A DNA stretch of 63,675 nucleotides, counting the filler. It is 5 parts of 5 records of this genome, joined end to end, with 100 filler letters (N's around TTAATTAATTAA, not from the genome) between each part and the next. Parts side by side here need not be neighbours in the genome. Positions count along the whole stretch, not along the records: positions 30,302 to 33,553 come from SRR20825010_568; positions 33,654 to 39,549 come from SRR20825010_571; positions 39,650 to 59,857 come from SRR20825010_572; 2 more parts are not named here. One strand, given 5' to 3'. The position numbers and the translations under genes were made by a program. Positions 33,301 to 45,684 of the stretch are shown one piece after another. Each line of letters starts with the position of its first letter. The stretch's first letter is position 1. Below the pieces are notes generated by a model. The model was not told the origin of the DNA. It saw nothing but the letters and a program-made list of their open reading frames with translations, and ran no database searches.

Positions 33301-33553
33301 AATCGCTGTTGATCGCCACTGCCTGGGCATTGCTCGCGCCATTGGCGGTGGCGCTGATCTGGCTGTTCTCTTCGAAATAGGCCTCGGTGTCGCCGAGAAC
33401 GGCGACGTTGTCGACGGCAGTGGCCGAAGCCTGGCCGTCCGAACTGGTGGCAGAAGCCGAAAGCGTGCCGGCGGTGCTGCCGACACCGGCAATTCCATCG
33501 GCAGCCGTGTTGGAGACGGCAATGGCTTCAGTGAGGCCGGTCGCGCTTCCCGT
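30302..33553 (-). CDS. Internal fragment (1084 codons, open at both ends) of a large autotransporter/adhesin passenger
   Basis: The frame stays open from 33553 (ACG GGA AGC...) to 30302. Ala/Gly/Ser/Thr/Val-rich ~33-35-aa repeats, RTX-like GxGDDT motifs, and an autochaperone-like GDAMTVTGNLTGGGTLAIDVDL...GDMLTVNG. Confidence 0.85.
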
Positions 33554-33653
33554 NNNNNNNNNNNNNNNNNNNNNNNNNNNNNNNNNNNNNNNNNNNNTTA
33601 ATTAATTAANNNNNNNNNNNNNNNNNNNNNNNNNNNNNNNNNNNNNNNNNNNN
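33554..33653. other. Artificial contig spacer
   Basis: N44-TTAATTAATTAA-N44. Confidence 0.98.
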
Positions 33654-35614
33654 CCAGCAAACCACCGAGCGGGGCGGGACGGCCTTCTCGATCGAGGCCT
33701 GCGGGCTTGCGGGGAACCACAGGCCCGGTGAGCCGGGAAACACGCAACGGATTTCCCGATGGCTGCGGTTGAACACCATCGTCAACCGCCCACCCTCCGG
33801 TCCAAGCACCATCATGAACCCATCCCGTTTGGGGTCTTCCCAGTCCGCGGGTTGCATCGGATGGCCATCGGTGGTCAGCCACGACACCTGGTCGGGGACA
33901 GAGGAACCGTCACTGTCCTGCATGAATTGCAACCTCGTCAGAAGCGGCAATTGCGTCCTCAGTTCGGCCCAGGCCTGGGTGAATTCCAACCTGTCCTGGT
34001 TGAGGTTGCCCCAATCGCGCCAGGTGATCGCATTGTCCTGCGCATAGGCATTGTTGTTGCCGCGCTGGCTGTGACCGAACTCATCGCCGGCAGTCAGGAG
34101 GATCGTGCCGCGGCTGGCGAACAGGGTGGCGATCAGAGCCCTGGCATCGGCTTCGCGCGCGGCAAGGATCGCCGGATCATCGCTTGGACCTTCAACCCCG
34201 TTGTTCCAGGAATGATTGGCGTCATGCCCATCCCGGTTGTCCTCGCCGTTTGCCTCGTTGTGCTTTTTCTCAAAGGACACAAGGTCACCAAGCGGGAAGC
34301 CGTCATGCGCGGCAATAAAGTTGACGCTGCGGGTCCCTGTGCTGCCGCCTTTGGCGAAGATATCGGAAGAGCCGGAAAGCCGCGTTGCCAGGGCGCCGGT
34401 CATGGTGCTGTCGCCACGCCAGAAGCGGCGGATGTCATCGCGTGCATGATCGTTCCACTCGAGCCAGGGCGGGCCGAAATTGCCAAGCTGATAGCCGCCC
34501 GGACCGATGTCCCAGGGTTCGGCAATCAGCACCCGGTCATGCAGGACGGGATCATCGACGATGAGTTGCAACAAGGCTGCGTCGGGGGAAAAGCCATTGG
34601 CGTCGCGGCCAAGGATCGGGGCCAGATCGAAGCGGAACCCGTCGATGCCGGCCTGTGTCACGAAATGCCGCATCGCGGTGAGAACCAGTTCCTGGACTTC
34701 CGGCCGGTCACAGGCCAACGTGTTGCCGCAGCCGGTGTCATTGACGAGCGTACCCGGAGTGTGTCGGTCGTGGCGGTAATAGGTGGCGTTGCCCAGCCCG
34801 CGCAGCGACAGGGTCGGCCCATGGATATCGCTTTCGCCGGTATGGTTGAAAACGACATCGAGAATGACACCGATGCCGGCTGCATGCAGCGCCTCTACCG
34901 CGTGCCGGAGATCTTCAATGCCACCCGGAGCCAGACGCGGATCGAGCGCCAGCATGGTCACCGGATTGTAGCCCCAGGCATTGGTCAGCCCGAGCGGCGG
35001 CAGATGCCGCTCGTCGATCCATGCGGCAATGGGCATCAGTTCGACGGCGCTGACACGAAGCTTGCTGAGATGATCGACAATCGAAGGGTGCGCCAATGCC
35101 CGGATTGTTCCCCGGTCCTCCTCGGGCACATCGGGGTGAAGCATCGTGAAGGCGCGAACCGGTATCTCGTAGGTCAGGCCGCCGGGTTGAAACAGCGGAC
35201 GGCCCGGATTGAGCGGCGGCCGCGGCGTCTCCAGAATGGCTTTCGGAACGATACCTCGGGTATCTTCACCAAATTCCGCCAGAAGGGGGGAATAGGAGAA
35301 GGGCCGGTCAATCCTTGTGGCGTAAGGATCGACGAGCAGTTTTGAGTTATCGAACCGGTAGCCTGCTTCGGGCTGCCAGGGACCATGGGCGCGAAGGCCG
35401 TATCGGGCGCCGGCCTGCAGCCCCTCGACGAAGGCGGCAAATGTTCCGACATCGCCCGGTATCATGTCGTGGCGGGCCATCTCGAGATCCGACTGGTCAA
35501 AAAGGCAAAGCGTGACCGAAGATGCCCCGGGTGCCCGCACGACAAAATGTGCGCCGGTGGCAGTCAGTTCAGCGCCGGGCTTGCCGGGCAGTCCGGAATC
35601 GGGAAGCCTGATCA

Positions 35615-35615
<1 letters not shown>
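33654..35615 (-). CDS. glgX: Glycogen debranching enzyme, last codons missing
   Basis: KLLVDPYA, WGYNP, DVVFNHT, DGFRFDLA, IAEPWD and AHDGF (GH13). Confidence 0.94.
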
Positions 35616-38684
<3,069 letters not shown>

Positions 38685-38688
<4 letters not shown>

Positions 38689-39549
38689 TCGTAGATCAAC
38701 CCCGCGCGGTCGAGCATGTCCTGGGTGATCAGGCAGATGCCTGACGCGGTCCGGCGGAAGCGGCTTGCATCCAGTTCCGGGTCTTCGCCAACCACCAGCC
38801 CGGCCGGGATCTTGACGCCCCGGTCGAGCACCACCTTGGACAGGCTGGCATGACGGCCGATCACGCATTCGGGCAGGACGACGGCCTCGTTCAGCCTGGA
38901 GTAGGACCGGCACAGAACGCCGGAAAACAGCAGGGAGCGATGCAGTTCAGAACCGGAGATGATGCAGTCTCCCGACACCAGCGAGGACAATGCCATGCCG
39001 CGTCGCCCCTCTTCATTGTGCACAAATTTTGCCGGCGGCCGGATCTCCGCATAGGTCCAGATCGGCCATGAGCGGTCATAGAGGTCAAGCTCCGGCAGAA
39101 TGTCGGTGAGATCGATATTTGCCTGCCAGTAGGCATCGACGGTGCCGACATCGCGCCAGTAGGCTTCCTTGTCGGGGGTTTCACGGACGCAGGACTCGGC
39201 AAACCTGTGCGCGACGGCTTTGCCGTTTGCGACGATGTAGGGAATGATATCCTTGCCGAAATCGCGGCTCGAACCGGGCGCTTCCGCATCCCGGCGCAAT
39301 TCGTCCATCAGGAAGTCGGTGTTGAAGACGTAGATCCCCATCGATGCCAGCGACATGTCCGGCTTGTCCGGCATGCCCGGAGGATCGGCGGGCTTTTCAA
39401 CGAAGTCGATGATCTGGTCCATGTCGTTGATATGCATGACCCCGAAACCGGTCGCCTCCATGCGCGGCACCTCGAGGCAGCCGACGGTGACATCGGCGCC
39501 GGAATTAACGTGCTGCTGCAACATCAGTTCATAGTCCATCTTGTAGATG
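38685..39549 (-). CDS. glgC: Glucose-1-phosphate adenylyltransferase, 5'-truncated
   Basis: [27 protein letters not shown] and YWRDVGT motifs. Confidence 0.95.
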
Positions 39550-39649
39550 NNNNNNNNNNNNNNNNNNNNNNNNNNNNNNNNNNNNNNNNNNNNTTAATTA
39601 ATTAANNNNNNNNNNNNNNNNNNNNNNNNNNNNNNNNNNNNNNNNNNNN
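39550..39649. other. Artificial contig spacer
   Basis: N44-TTAATTAATTAA-N44. Confidence 0.98.
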
Positions 39650-40350
39650 CAATGGAACATCGGCAGGGTCCAGAGATAGCTGCAGCTGGAGGTCAGGCCG
39701 AAGGCAATGGCATTACCCATCGCGTTCAGATACGCGCCGCGATGGTGGTAGACCACGCCTTTCGGGTTCCCGGTGGTCCCGGATGTGTAATTGAGCGACA
39801 TGGACTGCCACTCATCCACGGGGCGCGGCCAATCCGGCGCGGGCTCTCCCTCGGCAAGCAGCTCCTCGTATTCCTTCTCGCCAAGCGGCTTGCCGCCTTC
39901 GGCCAGCGGATCGTCAATCCAGATTACCGGCGGCGGGTTGTCGATCTGGGCCAGCGCCTCTTCCATCACCGGCGCGAACTCCTTGTCCACCAGCACCAGC
40001 TTTGACTCGGCATGGCCGAGGATAAAGGAGATTGTCGCGGCATCGAGACGGGTATTGATGGCATTCAAAACCGCGCCCGCCATGGGAATACCATAGTGCG
40101 ATTCGAGCATCGCCGGCGTGTTCGGCGCCAGAACGGAAACCGCATCCCCCTGCCCGATTCCACGCTTGCGAAGAGCATCGGCCAAGCGTCTGCTACGGCT
40201 CAGAAAATCACCATATGTCCGGCGCAGGTCGCCGTGAATAATAGCCACCTTTTCGGGAAATGTTGCGCCCGCGCGTTCCAGAAAATCGGAGGGCGTCAGC
40301 GCCGCATAGTTCGCCCGATTTCTCTCAAGTCCTGTTTCAAAGATCGACAT
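39650..40350 (-). CDS. AMP-dependent acyl-CoA synthetase, 3'-truncated
   Basis: NTRLD, YTSGTTGNPKGV and WTLPMFH motifs. Confidence 0.92.
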
Positions 40351-40478
40351 GACCGCCTGCAAATGTTTCCCTGTCCGGATTGCGAGACATGGTTTCTTTG
40401 TTTCGACAAACCGTCAAGCATGCGGAAAGCGATATGCTTGATCGCACCACGAGACCGAACGGACCCTGGAGCCGGACT

Positions 40479-41132
40479 ATGACCCAGATCGATATTTTCT
40501 CCGACGTAATTTGCCCATGGTGTTTCATTGGCAAACGACGTCTCGAACGGGCATTGAAGGCGCGGCCGCTTCCGAGCCTGACCATCCAGTGGCGGGCCTT
40601 CCAGCTGAATCCGGAAATGCCGACCGAGGGCATGGATCGGCAGGCCTACCTTGAAAGCAAGTTCGGCGGTCCTGAGCGGGCAACCCAGATTTATGACAAT
40701 ATCCGCCGTATGGGCGATGCCGAGGGGATCGATTTCCGTTTCGATCTGATCCAGCGCACGCCGAACACAGTGCTCGCGCATCGCACGATCAATCTTGCGA
40801 CAGTGATGGGCACGGCCGACGCTTTGGTGGAGCGCATGTTCAATGCCTATTTCACCAAGGGCGTCGATATCGGCGATATCGACAAGCTGGTGGAGCTGGC
40901 CGAACAGTCAGGCATGAAAGCGGACGATACCCGCGAGTGGCTCGGAAGCACCGGCGGCACCAGCGAGGTGATGGCCGAGACCCGGTTCGCCTATGAAAAC
41001 GGCATCAACGGCGTGCCCTGTTTCATCTTCAACCGGCAATATGCGGTATCGGGAGCACAGGAGCCGGAAGCCTTCTTCCCGCTGTTCGACATGGACAATT
41101 CTGACGATACCGTCGTGGCCAACCAGGCCTAG
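40479..41132 (+). CDS. DsbA/FrnE-family oxidoreductase
   Basis: SDVICPWCFIG, FQLNP, GVPCF and SGAQ motifs. Confidence 0.9.
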   Translation: MTQIDIFSDVICPWCFIGKRRLERALKARPLPSLTIQWRAFQLNPEMPTEGMDRQAYLESKFGGPERATQIYDNIRRMGDAEGIDFRFDLIQRTPNTVLAHRTINLATVMGTADALVERMFNAYFTKGVDIGDIDKLVELAEQSGMKADDTREWLGSTGGTSEVMAETRFAYENGINGVPCFIFNRQYAVSGAQEPEAFFPLFDMDNSDDTVVANQA

Positions 41133-41905
41133 CTGCCGAAGACCTTCTTCAGAAGCTCTGTTGAACGGGCGGCCGGGTTGTTCCGGATCGCCTTCTCCTC
41201 CAGCGCGAGATAGTGAAACAGGCCCTCCAGTGCCTCGCCGACCACATGCGTCGACAATTCCGCCTTCGCGTCGGGAACGAAGGGGATCTTCGCATACTGC
41301 CCGATAAAGGCTTCGTAACTTTTCACTACACCAACCTCGGCCATGGCATCCTGCACAACCGGGGTAAAGCGCGCCGTCAGCGTGTCGCTAGTCCGCTGCT
41401 GGAACCAGCGCGTGGCGGAATCGTCCGGGCCCTGATAGATGGATTTCACATCCTCCAGACTCATCGATGAAATGGCGTCGCTGAAAATGGCTCCGGCTTC
41501 CGGCGCCGCAGCTTCGGCCGCCCGGTTCATCCTCAATTCCAGATCGTCGGCAAGAGAGCCGAAACCGGCGGTATCGAGAAGCTTCCTCGCGGTCTGCAAA
41601 CTTTTTGGCAGCGGAATATGAACGGCGCTGTCGCCGAAATAGCCGTTTGTTGCACTGAGCTGGGAGACGATCCTCCGGGTACCGACGCTCAATGCCTCTT
41701 TCAGACCAGCAAAGATTGTTTCGTTATTCAGGTCAGTCATCCCGGGGCCCGCCTGATCACTGCCGCCAAGAGACTTCAAAAGCCCTTTTGCCGTCCCGAA
41801 TATATCGGTTTGCGCCCTGGCACTGCTGGTGGTGAGCGCGGCGGTTAACAGGACAGAGGTAGTGAGGAACCTCCGACGGGAAAACAGGCGCTCAATCTCT
41901 GGCAT
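41129..41905 (-). CDS. DUF4197-family exported protein
   Basis: Tat motif SRRRFL, GLKEAL, IPLP, MNRAAE and EEKAIR.NP...LLKKVFG. Confidence 0.85.
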   Translation of the reverse strand: MPEIERLFSRRRFLTTSVLLTAALTTSSARAQTDIFGTAKGLLKSLGGSDQAGPGMTDLNNETIFAGLKEALSVGTRRIVSQLSATNGYFGDSAVHIPLPKSLQTARKLLDTAGFGSLADDLELRMNRAAEAAAPEAGAIFSDAISSMSLEDVKSIYQGPDDSATRWFQQRTSDTLTARFTPVVQDAMAEVGVVKSYEAFIGQYAKIPFVPDAKAELSTHVVGEALEGLFHYLALEEKAIRNNPAARSTELLKKVFGS

Positions 41906-42016
41906 ATCGTCTCTTTGCTGTTAGGGGCCGGTTTCGCATCCATATCGAACCCGTGATATTCTCTGGTTAGACGATCTTGATCGTCAGATATGATAAAATC
42001 ATTAAACGGATCAGCA

Positions 42017-42331
42017 ATGCTTCAACTCCGGCCAAATTGCGAGCTTTGCAACCGGGATCTGCCGCCGCAATCCGCTGATGCACGCATCTGTTCCTATGAA
42101 TGTACCTACTGCGTGGAGTGCGTTGAAACCGTACTTTTCAATGTCTGTCCGACCTGCGGAGGAAATCTCGTGCCGCGCCCGGTCCGGCCCTTGAAGGCCT
42201 GGAGACCGGAAAGAATGCTCGGTCTCGAAAACCATCCGGCATCGGAGACGCGCGTGCATTGCAAATATACGCGCGCCGAGATCGACGCCCATGTGGCCCG
42301 GATCAAGGATATTGTGCCAGAAGAGCGTTGA
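42017..42331 (+). CDS. DUF1272-family small Cys-rich protein
   Basis: LRPNCELC, ICSYECTYC and CPTCGGNLVPRP motifs. Confidence 0.88.
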   Translation: MLQLRPNCELCNRDLPPQSADARICSYECTYCVECVETVLFNVCPTCGGNLVPRPVRPLKAWRPERMLGLENHPASETRVHCKYTRAEIDAHVARIKDIVPEER

Positions 42332-42341
42332 GTTGACCGAC

Positions 42342-43535
42342 CTAAAGCTCTGTTTGGAAATGGTTCTGCCAGAGAGCGGCATTTGCGGTCTTGCGGCGTT
42401 CAACCTGTGCCAGGGCATCCTCGGTCGAGGTCGAGTCCCCCTCATCCGCCACGCCATGCGTCCCCCATTGGTGCAGCCGTTCTGTGTACCATGCCGTAAC
42501 GCCGCCTGGGGGCGTTGAGGAAAATCGAGGAAAAACAGCTTCTTCTCCTGTTTCCCTCAACCATTTCCCGGGTAGCGCCGGATCAAGCACAAGAGCGCGT
42601 GCCAACCCAACCATGTCTACGGCGCCAGACGACAATGCCTCTTCGGCCTCCGCCTTTTTCTTGAAACCGCCAGCCGTCATCAACGGCTTACCGGTGCGGT
42701 TTCGGGCCAGCCGGGCGAAGTCGAGGAAATATGGCCCGGCCTTGGTGCCATCACTGGCGGCAGCCGCACCCGGAAAATAGGCGCCGCCGCTGATATCGAT
42801 CAGGTCTATTTCCGTCTCGTCCAGCATCGTGACAAGGTCGAGCGCTTCCGCCTCTTCAATACCGCCCGCAAGCTGATCAGTTGCGTTGATTTTCACGGCC
42901 ACAGGGAATCTGGAACCGACAGCAGAGCGCACCGATGCGATGATCTCGAGCAACAATTGCGCGCGCCGCTCTGGACTACCGCCCCAGCGGTCGGTTCTGC
43001 GGTTGAACAGCGGGGACAGGAACTGGTTCAGCAGGAACCCGTGTGCCGCATGAATTTCAACACCGGTAAAACCGGCGGACCGGGCATTCAGCGCCGCTTT
43101 TGCATAGATGGCAGGAAGCGCCCCGATCTCTTCCTCAGTCATTTCAACGGCGTGAATACCCGCCACATCCAGAGCCGATGGCGCTTTCGCCGGACCGGAC
43201 ACTGGCACCGCCAGAGCACCCGCATGGCCGAGCTGAGCCCAGAAATGGGTGCCGTTCGCGGTTGCCGCCTCAGCCAGGGCGCGGAAGTGTTCGGCCTCCC
43301 GCAACGGCTCAAGCACGAGATTTCCGTAATTCTCCGGAGCCCAGGGGCCGATCTGGGTCTCGCCGACCAGAGACATCGCAGCTCCGCCACTGGCCCAAAG
43401 ACCGTACAGCCTTTGCTGTGCCTCAGTCGGAGAGCCACAACCATCGCCAAGATCGTCGGACATTGCGGCCTTGGCGATGCGATTCTTTAGAACAACTCCG
43501 CAAGGCAAATGGAGGAGATCCACAAGCCCCGGCAT
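42342..43535 (-). CDS. NADH:flavin oxidoreductase / old yellow enzyme family
   Basis: LKNRIAKAAMS, QLGHAG, EIHAAHGFLLNQFLSP and NRRTDRWGG motifs. Confidence 0.9.
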   Translation of the reverse strand: MPGLVDLLHLPCGVVLKNRIAKAAMSDDLGDGCGSPTEAQQRLYGLWASGGAAMSLVGETQIGPWAPENYGNLVLEPLREAEHFRALAEAATANGTHFWAQLGHAGALAVPVSGPAKAPSALDVAGIHAVEMTEEEIGALPAIYAKAALNARSAGFTGVEIHAAHGFLLNQFLSPLFNRRTDRWGGSPERRAQLLLEIIASVRSAVGSRFPVAVKINATDQLAGGIEEAEALDLVTMLDETEIDLIDISGGAYFPGAAAASDGTKAGPYFLDFARLARNRTGKPLMTAGGFKKKAEAEEALSSGAVDMVGLARALVLDPALPGKWLRETGEEAVFPRFSSTPPGGVTAWYTERLHQWGTHGVADEGDSTSTEDALAQVERRKTANAALWQNHFQTEL

Positions 43536-43538
43536 GAG

Positions 43539-44543
43539 TTAGCGGTTCTCCGAAAGGGAGCTGGGGCAAATACCGAAACAGCGCTTGAATGCCGTGGTGA
43601 AATTTCCGGGAGACGTATATCCGGCGAGGTAAGCTGCCTCTGCGATGGAGGCCCCATCCCGCTCCATTGCCTGCCGTGCAATCTCCAGCATAAAAGTACG
43701 GATATAACGTCCGGGAGGCATGCCGCGCGCGGTCATGATCAACCGCCGAAGGGCGTTGAGGCTCAACCCCACGCTTTTACTCAGCTCGAAGGCGGAAATG
43801 GCTTCCCCGGAGCGGGAGATCAAAACACGCTCTATCTCGCTCAGACGAGCCCTGTCATGCTGCCGCAAATTCCCTTTCGGCTCTGCCACATGAGCGTCGC
43901 TAAACCGTGAGAGCGCCTCGGCAACGAGGTCGAGCGCGCGGCTCTCCAGATAAAGACGGCGGTGAAAGTCGGGCGCAGCCGGGGCCGACAGGATTTGCTC
44001 TGCGAGGGCGATGCTATGAGCCGACGGGGACCAGCTCTCGATCCGGAGACGCTCTTCCGCAAACCGCATAACGGGTTTGAAATCCTCGCCGCTTTTGCGC
44101 GCCAGCTCATCAAGCCACTCGGAGGTCATTGAAATGTTGACCTTCCGAAGACGGTCACCGCGCCGGCCGTTTCTGACAAAACGCTGCGGTACCGAATGGG
44201 CTCTCAGGGACGAGACGGCCTGCCAGGACTTCGACACCGTGTCATAGGACGGCATCGGAATCTCAATGCCACCGATTGATGCTTCGACGCCTCCCTGAAG
44301 GAAGACAGACAGGACGAGTCCAGGCTTGCAAAGATTCTCTATCGTGAGATCTTTCTGGTCTTCCGTGTCGGCGAAATGGAGAAACAATCCCGGCTGGAGA
44401 TCCACATGACCGATATTACCGCGCAAGACATTCGCGTTGAGATCAAGTTCCGGCGTGAAGGTTCTGTTCGGCACAAGCCCGGCGTTGCGAACGAAGTGTC
44501 CGCGCGTGACATAGTTGTTTTTATGATTGCTTGATACGAACAT
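43539..44543 (-). CDS. AraC-family regulator (PchR/YbtA-like)
   Basis: LYLESRALDL and C-terminal SIAEAAYLAGYTSPGNFTTAFKRCFG. Start uncertain (44543, 44579 or 44603). Confidence 0.85.
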   Translation of the reverse strand: MFVSSNHKNNYVTRGHFVRNAGLVPNRTFTPELDLNANVLRGNIGHVDLQPGLFLHFADTEDQKDLTIENLCKPGLVLSVFLQGGVEASIGGIEIPMPSYDTVSKSWQAVSSLRAHSVPQRFVRNGRRGDRLRKVNISMTSEWLDELARKSGEDFKPVMRFAEERLRIESWSPSAHSIALAEQILSAPAAPDFHRRLYLESRALDLVAEALSRFSDAHVAEPKGNLRQHDRARLSEIERVLISRSGEAISAFELSKSVGLSLNALRRLIMTARGMPPGRYIRTFMLEIARQAMERDGASIAEAAYLAGYTSPGNFTTAFKRCFGICPSSLSENR

Positions 44544-44606
44544 TATGAGCGGAACCCGAATGGACCCTTTAGTTTTCATCTGACAATCGGGGGGCGATTG
44601 CAAGAC

Positions 44607-45653
44607 TTATCGGGATTCCCCCTCTTCTCCTGCCGTGTGGAAAGCATCCGGACCAACGGCGAATTCCAGCGCCTGATAGAAGGCCGGATAATTTGCAGCG
44701 GCGTGTCCGAGGCCGGAATAGATATCGAAACTCACCTGGATCGCGCCATTGATCTTCGTTAATGCCTCGGCGAGGTCTTTGGTGTTTCCAACCATCCTGT
44801 TGTTTTTAAGCCAGACCTTCCTTTGCTCTAACGCTTGGCCTTTTTGAGCCCGCCATCCCGTCGGCGTTTCCTCAAGGCGTCCAACCGTCAGGCGCAAGGG
44901 TATTTTCCGGCTCACCGAGCGCTCTGTCTGTTCCTGGAACGCGATCAGCTTGTCACTTGTCTCCCGGTCCCCGAACCAAAGTGACGGGCTTGATGCGACA
45001 TAGCGGTCAAAAGCGTCAGCACGGCTAAGCAATGCATGCAGGACCAGAAGGCCGCCCAGCGAATGACCGGCCAGGGTTTCGGCCCTATCGTCAACCGGGT
45101 AGCGCGCCGCTATGAAGGGCTTGATCTCGTCGATCAACACATCGAGAAACGCGTCGCCCCCTCCGGTCTTGGGCCAAGGCAGACCATTCGGCCTCTTCGG
45201 CAGCTTGCCGATATCCGTGGGCGGCGTGAGATCGTAGATTCTGCGTTTGAGATGATCTTCAGGTGCCGCATATCCAATCCCGACGACCAGTGGTGGCACC
45301 CGTTTTGCGCGCCGCGCGGACATGGCCACGTTCCGGGCCATATCGGCCAATGCGATGAAGGATATGTCCGCATCGAATGCATACAGGACCGGGAACCCTT
45401 CGTCTGTTGGAGGGGTGTCCGGAACCAAGACATAAAGCCTGAGAGCAACATCAAGTTTTTCGGGCTGAAACTGGTGCACAAAGGCATTTGGAACGACGAG
45501 CGGCTCGGCATCCGCCTCCGTAACCGCATGCGCGGAATGGGGCCCGAAGGCGGAGAACGTCATGAGAACCAACACGAATGCCAGAGTTCGGGATAGGCGA
45601 AACCCGGAGCAAAAGAGGCTCTCCGTGGCTTCGCCAGTCAGGTTTTGTCGCAT
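44607..45653 (-). CDS. IroE/BesA-like alpha/beta-hydrolase (siderophore esterase family), exported
   Basis: PVLYAFD, VGIGY, RIYDLTP, GGGDAF, GHSLGG and SSPSLW. Hydrophobic leader ending AHA. Start uncertain (45653 or 45683). Confidence 0.85.
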   Translation of the reverse strand: MRQNLTGEATESLFCSGFRLSRTLAFVLVLMTFSAFGPHSAHAVTEADAEPLVVPNAFVHQFQPEKLDVALRLYVLVPDTPPTDEGFPVLYAFDADISFIALADMARNVAMSARRAKRVPPLVVGIGYAAPEDHLKRRIYDLTPPTDIGKLPKRPNGLPWPKTGGGDAFLDVLIDEIKPFIAARYPVDDRAETLAGHSLGGLLVLHALLSRADAFDRYVASSPSLWFGDRETSDKLIAFQEQTERSVSRKIPLRLTVGRLEETPTGWRAQKGQALEQRKVWLKNNRMVGNTKDLAEALTKINGAIQVSFDIYSGLGHAAANYPAFYQALEFAVGPDAFHTAGEEGESR

Positions 45654-45684
45654 TTCAGCGCGCACTTTGCCGGTTCCGTACACT

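Noticed and set aside
28998..33553. RND pump as the secretion system for the adjacent giant adhesin
   Set aside because: They are on different contigs separated by an artificial spacer, so the adjacency means nothing.
44584..44600. CAATCG-G5-CGATTG inverted repeat upstream of the AraC gene
   Set aside because: The arms are only 6 bp and could arise by chance. I cannot support a function from sequence alone.
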